A stretch of DNA of 64,000 bases from Eledone cirrhosa (Eukaryota). The notes under the pieces were generated by a model that searched no databases, was not told the origin of the DNA, and saw only the letters and a program-made list of their open reading frames with translations. This document shows positions 25,340 to 38,400 of this stretch, one piece after another (the stretch's first letter is position 1; each line of letters starts with the position of its first letter). The stretch is from NCBI GenBank assembly GCA_964016885.1, contig OZ024740.1, forward strand, positions 179,986,001 through 180,050,000. The letters run 5' to 3'. A program made the position numbers and the translations under genes.

Positions 25340-26280
25340 TTCACTCAGGCGGATCGCATCTGGCTTGGACCTATATCACCTCGGCTGTCTCCACTCCGCT
25401 TCTCAGCACAACAACGGTACGTGGATCAATTCGGTACCCACCTCACCAACCAGTACCCTTCTTGATGACGATTGCACTCGCATCTGAGTAGCACAACGCC
25501 TTGTCCACCGCGTGTTTGAGACACTTAAATGCCGTTGCAGGGTGTTCGGTGAAAAGTTCAACATAAACCCACTGTCTTGTCAACAGAGCGCCGGACGGTT
25601 CCCACGACATGCCACTCTGAACGACATTTTGAGAAGGAGCCTGGACGCAACTGGCTTTTCATCACAACTGGAGCCAGTAGGCTTTGACCGCAAAGACGGC
25701 AAGAGTCGCAATGGAATCACCCTGTTCCCACCCTGGGTCGCCACATGCTGTGACACGTTTTTCGCCTCCAGTTTAGTCCTTTCGGCCACAAAACCCGCTA
25801 CTGTGGCCCCGCTTGCAGAGGAAAGGAACACACACAAATACCGGTGATTGTCCTACCGCTTCCACTTAACACCGGTCGCCGTGGAGAATTCAATCGTACT
25901 TGGACGCTGTACAGTCGAGGTCTTCCTCAAGTTCGGAACATCGGCGGCCTATCTGAGGCAGGAACCCTTCGAGGTGTGATGGGGGTGGGCACGGTTGCAG
26001 TGTGTGTCGCTGTCCATTTTCCGCGGTAATGCTTTTGCGGTCTTGTCCGTGGGGCACAGGCACTTTACCACCGCGCTGAAGGCTCAGAATCCAACCACTC
26101 ATCCTCCTTCACTCCCCAATCTTCTATGACTAGAGAATTACCATTCCCTCCCTTTTCCGTGTTCTTTACATTTTTCTTCATATTTCCGTATCATACACTC
26201 CAATTTTTCTTCTCTTTTTTCTTTCTAATCGACATAGCAGTTTCTATCGTTGTAGCTATCATTATAAACTCTAACACTAA
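25340..26280 (+). mobile_element. 3' fragment of a CRE-clade non-LTR retrotransposon (restriction-like endonuclease domain), decayed
   Basis: LSC..SAGRFPRHATLNDILRRSL, LEPVGFDRKDGK..NGIT, TC.DT, AEE..HKY, PVAVE, SIFRGNA; pyrimidine-rich 3' UTR. Confidence 0.8.
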
Positions 26281-26369
26281 GCATTAGGGTATTTTAGTTC
26301 GTGCTGCGGCCATTTTAAATGGGATCATACTATTACATTTCCAATTCTTAGTGTGCAATTGTACATGTA

Positions 26370-26450
<81 letters not shown>

Positions 26451-26542
26451 GTGTGTGTGTGTGTGCGTGTGTGTATGCATATTTATATGTATATGCAAAC
26501 GTGCACACCCACATGAACACAAACGTATATATATATAGAGAG

Positions 26543-26802
26543 AGAGATTTCACAAGAATCAAAGCTATGTTCAAAACACTTACATTCACTTACAATTGTC
26601 TCATCCAAACCTAGGCTTGGATGAAACAATTGTAAGTGAATAACTGTTTTGAACATAGATTTGATGCTTGTGAATTCTATATAATTGCTCTGTAGAACAA
26701 CTGATGACATTGAGCTATTTATCTTACTGGTAATAAGGTAGTAATAAATTACTGACCTTCCATGTTTATAGTTTAAAATATACATAACTATAAATAGTAA
26801 CC

Positions 26803-26808
<6 letters not shown>
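26543..26808 (+). mobile_element. Palindromic mini-element centred on an HHR stem II
   Basis: Arms 26543-26608 and 26617-26680; centre atccaa-acctaggc-ttggat followed by GAAA-caattg-TA; tail to 26808; TA-rich flanks. Confidence 0.75.
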
Positions 26809-26852
<44 letters not shown>

Positions 26853-26886
26853 TTATATATAATATATATATATATATATTTATATA

Positions 26887-26952
<66 letters not shown>

Positions 26953-26961
26953 ATATATATA

Positions 26962-27011
<50 letters not shown>

Positions 27012-27226
27012 CATATACTACTGTACGTCTGTATACATATATGTATGTACGTATGTACGTATACATACTTATATTTAGGTATCAGCCGTTCTAAGAGTCA
27101 GAAATGAAATTTCATTTTTTTCCATTTTCGTTTTCGGTACGCCCGACCGATTAACTCACTCCATATGTTAATATGCATAAGGAAAGTATATACTGTCAAA
27201 CGTTCAATCGAATACCATGAAAGTAT

Positions 27227-27269
27227 ACGGTGCTGATGACAGCTAATAAACTAGAAACTAGTTCATCGT
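27227..27269 (+). ncRNA. Minimal type-I hammerhead ribozyme
   Basis: acggtg-CTGATGA-cagctaataaacta-GAAA-ctag-TT-catcgt; 6-bp stem I, palindromic stem III, stem II partly mismatched. Confidence 0.75.
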
Positions 27270-27467
27270 TCCTTTTACAGTGTTGAACAGTAGGGCAACA
27301 ATGATTGCGGAACACTGTACGGTTTAATTAGGGATGTTTGTTTACAAACAAACCGAACATATATAATAAATGTTCGGTACGCCCACATGTACATATATAT
27401 ATGTGTGCATGTATGTATATGCATACAACTCTACGTCTGTATTCATAAATGTATGTACACATACATA

Positions 27468-27511
<44 letters not shown>

Positions 27512-27516
<5 letters not shown>

Positions 27517-28125
27517 TGGCTGCCAACTCGTTTTCGAGTACGGCCACTACTTTATATCCATGTAGGAGAACCCCTACCGATGCACTGAACGAGTGTGAGG
27601 TTTTAGTCCACCCAGCGACTTGAAAGCTCTGGTACAAACACTACACTTGTGACAATTATTGACACATAGTGCTCGGCCCATGGAACCATGTGACGACAAG
27701 TGCAGAGAGATCTCCAGATATAAAGCAATGCCTGTGCCGTGAAGGTTTTTATAGTGAGCAAAGGCACTGCACAAAGCCAGTCCAACTCTCTTAAACAAGA
27801 TGATATTTACCAAAAAGAAGAACAAGTCAACATCATTGAATACCATTAGGGTTGCAGGTGTTATATCAGAGTTTTCCTTCTCCTAGATTTCTGCCTTGAC
27901 AAAGGCTAAGGAGGTCATTTCTGCTGGTGATTTTGGATGGCCATTGACTCTTAAGTGCTCCTTTGCCTTTTGACAGGTTTTGTTTTTAGTTCTGCAGGAT
28001 GTCCAAAGTCACCCTCCTCACCAAGAAACCTTGGTGGGGTTGCCTGTTTAGCCGCCAACGGCCCGAGCAAGAGACAGATTGTACTTGGATACATGTTACC
28101 AGTAGCACCAAGTGGTGATCTGACA
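27512..28125 (-). mobile_element. Internally deleted (bipartite) RTE-clade element: 5' UTR joined to the 3' end
   Basis: Minus strand has CTAGGAGAAGGAAAACTCTGA (RTE 5'-UTR-like motif) and then the terminal C2H2 motif CSVCTRAFKSLGGLKPHTRSVHR*. Confidence 0.55.
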
Positions 28126-28135
28126 TATATATATA

Positions 28136-30801
28136 TGAACTTCACAGATGAACTTCACATCATTCTCACCGCACGTAAAACCGTCCTAGAGTTCAACAAT
28201 GAATATTGGACCAGAGCTGATACCTCTAAGAACTTTGACATCAAAATGGGAGCATCCGATTGATCCCAATTGACAGATTTATTGATATCTTTATTTTGAA
28301 CTCTTTGAATCGGAAAATTCTTCAACTTCGCGGTGGAATTTATCGTGACGATGGACTCTTTACTATATTAAATTGCAACGTAGTATATTATTAAGAACAA
28401 TATTCGTAATCTCTTTAACCAACATAACTTAAAAATTGAATTTGATAACAACATCAAACTAGCTAATTTCGTGGATGTATCTCTTAATCTTGACACTGGC
28501 CTATATTACCCTTACCATAAAAACAATGAGAATCTAAATTATGTTAATTTTAAATCTAACCACCCCACTAATATTAAGAATGCTATGGTTAGTAATATTG
28601 GAAAAAGAATATCCAACCTATCATCTAATAAAAACATATTTGATGCTAACGCCAATTACTATAATAACGCGCTTTCTAAAGCCGGTTATCCTGATAAAAT
28701 CAAATATAGTAAAGAAACAAATTCTAGAAGATCTTACAGTAGAATATTTAATCATGATCATTCCAATAACTTTAATAAAACACCTAGATACAAAAACATA
28801 ATCTGGTATAATGCCCCTTTCTCCATCTCCATTAATAATAATATTCCTAAATTATTCTTTAGTGCCTTAAATAAATGCTTCCCTCCCTCACATATCTATA
28901 GTAACATATTTAACAAACACACTATCAACTTTTCCTATTCGACCTCTTCCAACATGTCCAACATTATCTCTAAACACAACAATAAAATACTAAATACTAA
29001 ATGTCTTCCTTCCAACACTAAACATCATAATAATAGTAATAGTACTCCCGACGTCATTGTTAACTCTAGGCTAATTTCTGCAAACCCAAATACAACGTCA
29101 AACGCAACTTCGTTAAATCTTCTTAATCCCATTCTAAATCAAGAAATAACTTCTCCAATCCAATTCCTTCTATAGATAACACTAGGTCACTTGTTAATAA
29201 CTCTGTTAATTTCTCTAATCGCAAATGTAATTGCCCTGTTAAAAATAAATGTCCTCTCAACAACCATTGTCTTGAAAAAAATTAATCTACGAATGTAACT
29301 GACACCAATTCCTTTACCTATTTTGGCTCCACTTCCACCTCTTTTAAAGCTCGTCTTTATAATCATCATTCGTCTCTTAAATACCAACTTAAAAGAACCA
29401 ACACGGCACTCTCAGAACTCATATTGTCCTTGAAAGACAAAAATATTAATTATAACATCTCTTGGAGGAAGGTTTTTTTCTGCTTCTTCATACTTGAATG
29501 CTTCTCTATCCAAGACATGTAATCTCTGTTTATGTGAGAAATTTACCATTATATCTAATTTAGATTCTATAATAAATAGACGCACTGACTTGTTTTCTCT
29601 CTGCTTGCATAAATTCCACAAAACATTCCATAAAGTATACAGCTAATATCTAATACTTTACCATTTGAAAATCCTTTTCTCAAAGGAACATATATATATA
29701 CATATATATTTCTTTAAAAATATACCCATCTTTCTCCCTTATTTCAATGTTATTTATTATACATTATATAATACTAGTTTCTCATTCTATATCACTCCTA
29801 TTTATCACTTCCCTTTCTTTCTTTTTTTCCTTTTTTCTTTTAATTTCTAACCTCTACTCTCTACCTTTTCTTCCTAGATACTTCTCAATTCTCATTATTA
29901 CTCACCACAATATATCCTTACCCTTTTAAATACTTTATAATATCACCTTGAAAAATCCTTCGTAAACATAAACATTTTTTTGACGTTAGATTATTCATCC
30001 TCAATTTATTATTTTTTCTCCCTTTCATGCTCATCTAACTCATACATATTACACATATTCATCCATTCATCCACTCTTCTACTTCCTTTCACAATATATC
30101 CTTAATTACATTACTATTGTTATATTTTTATATTTTTAATAATGCATATCAACAATTTCTTTCCATCGCACATATTATGAAACCCTTAAATATTATTCTT
30201 AATACATATTAACAATTTCTTTTCATCGCACATATTATTAAACCCTTCAATATACAAACCTTAATTTAACATTATTCTTAATTTTTTCTCTTCGTTAATT
30301 CTCAAATTCTTTTAATTCATATATTATCTTCCAACGATTTTTTAACCTCTCTATGTAAAACAATATATTTTTCTCATATATAAAAGCTATCTCTCTCTCT
30401 CTCTATCACACATCTCTCCTCCTATCTCATCCTTCCTTATTATACTCCTCCTCCTCCATTATTTACTCTCATCTCCTCCTCTTTTTCACCCCCCCCCCCT
30501 CAATTTTTTTTCCCAATATCACACATCAATCTAAAAGTACTTTTCATATGTTGATTTAAAACTGCACTATTTACAAGTGTTTTTTAAACTTCATAGCATG
30601 TCTCCCTATTTTATCTGACGAAAACGCAAATGTCATCGCATGAGGATATTTGTTTTTGAAATGCGCATAATAACATACATGGAACTCTTTTAACCATCTT
30701 TTGATCTTATATATTATTTATACTCCAGTCCTACAAACTGTAGAGTGCTACTTATCCGTTATCTGCATTGCTTTATTGTACTACAATTAAAACTCACCTC
30801 C

Positions 30802-30805
<4 letters not shown>
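28136..30805 (+). mobile_element. 5'-truncated Naiad-like PLE, decayed, with long pyrimidine-rich 3' UTR and HHR
   Basis: ARKTVL, FDIKMG, GIYRDDGL, SNHP, WYNAPFS, FPPSH.YS.IFNKHTI.FSYS, CNC..KNKCPLNNHCL, CNLCLCEK; ends at (TA)n. Confidence 0.9.
30607..30677 (+). ncRNA. Type-I hammerhead ribozyme with canonical core
   Basis: tattttat-CTGACGA-13 bp stem II-GAAA-tgcgca-TA-ataacata; palindromic stem III atgcgcat. Confidence 0.88.
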
Positions 30806-30858
<53 letters not shown>

Positions 30859-30860
<2 letters not shown>

Positions 30861-31272
30861 CAAAGGAATTGTGGTAAGTAACCAGATGGACCATAACGCA
30901 CCAGAATACTCAATACTTAGGGTAGTAGAGTGGGAAATAGGTAAAAGGTAAATGACACCGACGTCGAAGTGTGAGTGAGGAAAGAATCTCGCACAGGTAA
31001 ACCGGAGGAAGTAGGAGAGGGAGTATCAGAGGATGAGTGAGTGAAAGAGTGAGGAAGAGGCTAACAGAGAGAGTGACTGGTAGAGGGGGGAAAATGAAGT
31101 GAGAGATACAGAGAAAAGGGGAAGCAGTAAAAAATAAATTAAGGGTAGTGGATTGTGTAATAGGCAAATGTTAGACGCCGACGGCAGAGCTCGAGCCGTT
31201 TCGAAGGCTATTTCCAGAAATAGCCATCGAAACGGCTTGAGCTCTGTCGTCGAGGTCTGAAATGTTCCTCTA
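30859..31272. mobile_element. Palindromic mini-element of the 46421-49310 family with an extra ~200-nt segment
   Basis: Tail 30859-30963 matches 6777-6880; arms about 31165-31214 and 31217-31266 meet in HHR stem II. Confidence 0.8.
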
Positions 31273-31292
31273 TATATAAATGCATACATACA

Positions 31293-31351
<59 letters not shown>

Positions 31352-31376
31352 ATACACACATATATATACAATATAT

Positions 31377-31455
<79 letters not shown>

Positions 31456-32718
31456 ATACACAGACACACACATATATTAATATCAATACACACACACTGA
31501 TATATATATATATATAATCGAAATCACATTGCATACTCTCATTACCAGAATCTTAAATTTATCGAAATCTTTTACCCCTTTTGCACTAATAAATTGATAT
31601 GAAATATTATATTGCATTACTTTATTATTTGGTTTGTGCATTTCATTCGCGTATTTGTATTTTATGATATATCTTACACTTCACAACCATCAAACCAGTA
31701 AAGTGGGGAAAATAAATTTGCACTCTGAAATATGTTATGATTGTTGAATTATTTAATTGAGATACTATATAATGTCCCCTAACCTTCGGGCGTAAATATT
31801 AAATGTCTTCTTCTATTGCATCATACTTGAGACATATGGTCAATATACATTTTCTCAATTTTACTGAGATGCAAACTACGATAATTAGTATTTTCAAGTT
31901 AACTGTGTTTTAGGCTTCAGCAAATATTTGATTTTTGTTTAGAAGATACTACAGTTATCAAATTGAAAGTGATTCACTCTAAATACTTACTATTACGCAC
32001 TTATGTACACTTCACATCTCTTCTCTGATTTCTATGTATAGTGTATTTTCAAAACGACTCCTCCTTTTTATCAATTGCGTAGATTCAGTAACCGAACTGT
32101 TTGGTTAACATCAACTGTAAACTTTTCTACTTTATCAATAGTTTATCAACAGAAACTAAAACCAAATTTCAAAGGGTCTCTAGGTTAATGTATTATTCCA
32201 GTCTCCTTGTGTTTGGTCTATTAAACTTTACATTATCTTTACATGAGTGACTACATCTTTCTTGACATTTCATTATTAGTAGTTCTTGTGATTTTCATTT
32301 CATTTGAAGTCTATTTAACGCCGACAAGAAGAAACAACGTTGGCTCCTTAACGCACTAACTTTTACATACATTGAGTCAAGTGTGAAGAACTAGAAACAT
32401 TCAATGGACAAACGTCTTGGTGCAGTGAAACATAATCTGAACAAAAGAGATTCGGGCAGTATATATATGAGGTTTCCCGTCTGACAGATTTACAATTATC
32501 CTTCATTAGAGGAGTGTCTAAGAGTATTAGATATAATTGTTGGGATGTAAAATTAAAATGATTCCTTATTGAAGTGCCAATTAATAGCATATAATACCAG
32601 ACTCTCTTATTAAGCATTGGAGTCGAATGCATAAGTGTCATTAATAGGTTATAGTAGATTCACTGTAATATATGTTTCTAGTAAGAATATGTGTCTCTCT
32701 GCGAACATTAGAAGGTAT

Positions 32719-32908
32719 GTGGTGGATTGGCAGTATCGGTAGAGGGTCGGACACCATGCTTTGATGCATGAAGTTACGGCCCTTTCCAATCTGAGTTCAA
32801 ATCCCGCCGAGGTTAACTTTGCCTTTCATCCTAACGGGGTCGATAAAATAAAGTACCAGTTATGCACTGACTAATTGCTGACCTTGTGCCAAAAGTAGAA
32901 ACAATTAT
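32719..32908 (+). mobile_element. tRNA-derived SINE with MetaSINE-like core
   Basis: A-box TGGCAGTATCGG, B-box GAGTTCAAATCCC, core GCCTTTCATCCT..GGGGTCGATAAAATAAAGTACCAG. Confidence 0.88.
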
Positions 32909-33969
32909 TTTATTTCACTAGATTCTGAAATATTATAGCCTAATAGTTATTTTGACAGGTGTTATAGCTTTGTAATGCTATACATCCCGAAATTAATACA
33001 AGCTGTGGAAATCGCCGTTAGCATATTAAAGCACTGTATAACGTAAATATGTTCATTTATTCGCTCTACATAACATGAGGATTGCTGTATTGCATTTATT
33101 TCAGGCCTGATGTTATGTGAACAATCAAATAATGAATTGTGCCAGTTTATTTATGCAAACGGTAGTTGGAGCGAATAGCTGGTCTTAATTTATTAGCCAG
33201 TATTTCACTGTATCTCACACGGGTCACTATACACCCCTTTCAAAGTAATGATCCAGTATAATCCTTTTGCATCCTCCATATCGTTTAGCATCACTTTTGC
33301 TGCGGAAGTTCTTGAATATATTTTTAGCTGATCACCCGGGTGTTTCCATATTTATACCCTACCTTTTGGAATCTGTCCCAAAGTGATGGACCCAGGTCAC
33401 ATTTTCTGTGACAATTCTCTTCCAAACAAGCTTCATCATTGAAGCGATCAATGCAAACCTTCGGTTTGGAAACAGCAAATCTATTTACTTTTAGCATATG
33501 AGCACTAAATTACCTATAATTATTGAATACTTCTCTTATATATATTTTTAATTTTGTCATTTCTGTGATTTTGTAATTTTTGTTATTTTTCCAACTTTTC
33601 AACTTTTCATTTTGCCATTTTTCATTTCCATTTTTTATTTACTCTTTTCCTATATTCCACATAACTTATAACGCATATTTGTCTGACACCAACACTCCAC
33701 CATCACAACCACTATCATCATCATATACAATTCCATTCTATTTATACTTTGATAATCTTCCTTTATATCCTCATATATTATATTCATACCCCAGATACCT
33801 TATATATTTCGCATATATCCATAACACCAACAACACTCACTTATTCACTATCACAGCTACCCCCACCGTCATTATTATACATTCACCATCCCGTCCTTAG
33901 ATATCACAGTTCTCTTCATCATTACCCCATATTCTATAATTTTATATTCCCATAATCCTCATCATTATA

Positions 33970-34008
<39 letters not shown>

Positions 34009-34256
34009 CTATTTTTATTTGTTATATATATTTTAATGTACGTCTTAGATTGTATATCAATGTGTGTGTTTACATGTATGTTTATTTACACATATGTAAG
34101 CAGCTGGGTGTCTATTCATTGTGTGTACATATGTATGTTTGTATAGGTTTTTTTATCTATCACTTCATCACCTGCCTCCCACTGACCAGTTAAACTGTTA
34201 CCATACATTATCTTCTCCCTCTATCTCTTTTTGTATTTCGCTTCCTCTCTCTCCCT

Positions 34257-34354
<98 letters not shown>

Positions 34355-35258
34355 GCACATGCACTCACAAACAGTCACTTACATACGTAATATGTGCGCA
34401 TGTATGCATGCGGCTGCGACTTGAATAAATTCCTCTTAACACACATCTACATCCACATTGACTACATGTGCATAGATATTCTGACACAAGCTCGAGAGAA
34501 ATGAAAGTATAATTAATTTTTATAGATATTTAAGAGTAGATAGAACAGTTAAATAAAAATAAAATTTTACCTCTCTACTACAGTTTGCTATTTTCATACC
34601 ATAGAACTATATAACTTATCTCTTAGTTATAGGTTACAATAGACTTAGTTTTTTGCATATCATACCATGTGTGTTTTACTTCGAAATCAATCGGCAAAGA
34701 AGTTCAGATATTAATAAATAAATGCTTATCAGTAAATTAGTCATATTATCTCAATTGATGCCTTTCGAAGAAACTTTTATTAATGGCTGCCATTGGAGAA
34801 ATAATTATCGAGCTTTCTCTCTTTCAATTCGATTACATATCTAACATTTAGAGTCGCTAAAATAAATGCAGCATAGCTGAAGGTTAAAATCTAATTGATT
34901 TCTGCTGTATTAAATTTTCTTTGCTATCTTATGCCAAAGTTATTAATACACTTGTGGTTGATGTGTGTTCACAACTAAATACATTCCAATGTATTTGTTT
35001 ACAACTACTTCCATCTGTAATGAATGGACGGAACATTAAATATTTAAATATTATAGTAGAATTGATACCATTAGAGTTCTAGCCGGTAAATAAATAATAT
35101 GTTACAGTGCGAATATAAGATAAGTTAACAATTTGTAAATTGTCAATTAACTCATGTGTACCAAATTGTGATCTTCCAATTGTCGATATTAGAAGCGTTC
35201 TCAAAATGAATGTCATATTAATTTCTCATGCTGAGTTTACGTTTTTTATAGACATAAT

Positions 35259-35444
35259 TGTGTCTACTTTAGGCACAAGGCCAGCAATAACCCAATGTAT
35301 TACTGGTACTTCATTTTATCGACCCCGTAAGGATGAAAGGCAAAGTCAACCACGGCGGGATTTGAACTCAGAATGATAAGGGCCGTAACTCTATGCGTCA
35401 AAGCATGGTGTCCGACCCTCTACCGATACTGCCAATTCACATCC
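35259..35444 (-). mobile_element. tRNA-derived SINE with TSD
   Basis: Reverse complement of the 32719 family; TSD gttttttatagacataat at about 35241-35258 and 35445-35463. Confidence 0.9.
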
Positions 35445-38400
35445 GTTTTTTTATAGACATAATGTAATCCAATACGTATTGCATTGCCCTGTCTACTAAG
35501 AAATCGGTGATTAAATAGGACGAAACGACAAACACACACACACCCACACGTATTACAAACATACACAAATAGATGTTACTAAGCAAGTTTCCTTTTCCAT
35601 ATGAGAGATATCGATGGTATGGTTGTATTATAACAAACATTGTTTTCAAAGCTTCATTCAATCTATAACACCCACCTCATAACATGAGACTTTCTGCGAG
35701 GTATAAAGTTGTTTGGAAAGAAGATGATTTACGTCTTCGTCCACAGAAAGATGGAAGTACAACGCAATATGAAATAACGTGAAATAATATCAATGTCAAC
35801 AATACCGCATTTTTATCTTACAAAGCTTGCTCTCAATGAGACTTTCAAGTAGCAAAATATATGCGCCACATACGTTTTATAATGTTATGAATATGTGAGT
35901 TTTGTGGGAGATTCATTGGCCAAATCACTCTGTTATACCTGAAATTCAGCGGTTATTTTTCAGAGGAAGAAGAATCAGTTAAACAAATTTGGTATATCAT
36001 GATAGCTATATTACATGTAATATAAACGCGGAACGATCAATTTTCAGCAATTTATTTTACACAATATTGAACAACTAATCTGAACAATATATGAATAGTA
36101 TTGTTTAGTCAAGGTATCAGTATTTACGAATTAAATTACGCATTCACTTAATTCAAAACAACTCTAAGATTATACGAGATGTAATTCTGGGATGATTCTG
36201 CATATTGTAATATTTGGGTGGAAATAAAGTGTGCAGCAACCCAATTCCGTTATAATTTATACTATTCTTACATATTTATTTTTTAAAAATAAGAAGCGTT
36301 GTCGAAACATTTATTGATAAAATATAGGAAATCATATAAGGTATATGAAGCATATCACCTACAACTATATGTGGTACATCTTTGAGTTTTCTGCTGTAAT
36401 ACATATTCGTTTAAAAGTGATATCCTGAGACATTATTCAATATATAGGTTTATTGGTGCGATACGAACTTCGAACCTCTTGGTTACTGATTAATAACAAA
36501 TGTAATATAATTGTAAGAGTTCTCATGAAATAGCGTGTATTATTTCCCAATGTGTACATTAGGAGGATTTGTGTAAAGTATCTCGGATATTCTTTAAATC
36601 TTATTGTACAACGCACATTCACCTCGAAGTGAAATTTACATCGAGTGAAAGTATCCATATTCGCATATGGAAATTCACTTAAAATGATTTATAGATATAA
36701 TATGTGGTCATTTTCAGAGAATTAATGGGATTATCTCAAATTTAAATAGCTGAAACACAATTATTACCTTTATAATATATGAAATAGCTTGGTTTTATCG
36801 GGTGAAACTCTAGAATATTACAGGCAGTTATGAATAGTAGGATCCATTGAGAAATAAACATCAATATATCTGACATCCAGTGACTAGATATTTCAAGACG
36901 AAGAGGTCATGTTAGCATCGATTATCATGTTACTCAGGTATACATTATTGCTGATCTCTAGCATTGAAACTTTCGAGGAACCATACTAAATATATCTAGT
37001 TATTATGGGAGTGAAGGTTATAAATCAAACATTTTAGGAGCAAAATATTTTCAATATTAACTTTTATTCTCTGTCAACGTCAACTCATATATCTACCATA
37101 TAGGAACATATCCAATGAAAAGAAACACCGAGAAAATATCCATAATGAGTTCTATAATATAGATGATAACTGAATTCTTATACCAAAGAAACGTAAAGAC
37201 CGGCTTACTTCAGTGTCCATATTTACAATATTGATCCCTAGCAACATCATTGCACTTACACGCAAACATGTTTTCTTTTTAATTCCTTTCGTTAACGTTA
37301 TACGTATGTACACGTGTATATTAGACGAGAAACACATTTCTATTGCTTAATTTACTGGAGGCTATTGTAAAGAAAGTTGTCGTGTATGACATTCACCGAC
37401 TTTCTATAGAATTCAAAAGCTGAAGTCGAAACGGGCGCATTGCTGAACTGGAAGATATCTCTGGACTTCTGACTATATTTAGAATGCCAAAAACTTATCT
37501 CGGTTCTTCTGTATCTCATGAATGCAACTTGATATCATCATGACCAGTGTACAGAAGTTGCACCACAAACTGTGACTACCCTTTCCTGCCAGTAGAGGCC
37601 ATATCTCAGAAGGCCACCTTGCCGGAGGATTTGACACGGATAGACAGTATAAAGTGAGGATCACGATCGTTCCATAAAAAGGCGAAATAACACCCGTTCC
37701 AGCGTGGCATACAATTAATTACAACAGAAAAATACATATTTTACCATGGAAAATAATTAAAATCTAACGTTTTGCATAAAATCATTAATCGGAAATGAAT
37801 CAAAACCCAAATCAATGGTTTTTAAGATAGGTTATTATGAAACGTAAAGGAAACTAGAAATAAATAAGATAAGGATTGTGTGATTTGTCAATAGACGGCA
37901 TGTGCAAATTCAGATATTCCAATGCATCTGCGTGCAAATATTTAAAAACAAGGATACCAAAGGGAAGAAATGGCGTATCATTTTAAGATATTAGATCTAA
38001 TAATAACTAATGAACGTTTCGGTTTATTGTTGTACAGATTTTAATTTATTTTGTAGAGGTTTATTCTAATCGATCGTTCAGTCTTGACAGAGCAGGTCTA
38101 TTTTCAGCGATATTGTTGGCCTGAATATCCGATGGCTGACTTTGTTGCGCTGATGGTTTAATTAGGATCGTCTTGATTGGTTCTCCTCATTGCTTAGGGT
38201 ATAATGTACGGAAGGTTTTACTCTATTTTAAGCAGGCCAAATGAACGCATTTTGTGTCTTTCGTTCTCTTTTTACTTTGAATGTTGTTTGAAGTTGGACA
38301 TTTAGTTCAACGTATTAACAATAAAGAAAATAAATTAATTGATCGCTCACTAATAGATAATTCTAATGAAGAAATGAAAAAGCATTAACATCCATGTCAA

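Noticed and set aside
28261-28263. In-frame TGA as selenocysteine in the 28136 element
   Set aside because: The position aligns with Gly/Ser, not Cys, and the ORF is otherwise decayed
29665-29700. TTGAAAA followed by a hairpin just after the Naiad-like ORF
   Set aside because: No GAAA and no stem I, so it cannot be called an HHR
32719-32810. tRNA gene
   Set aside because: A/B boxes belong to a multi-copy SINE head; no cloverleaf
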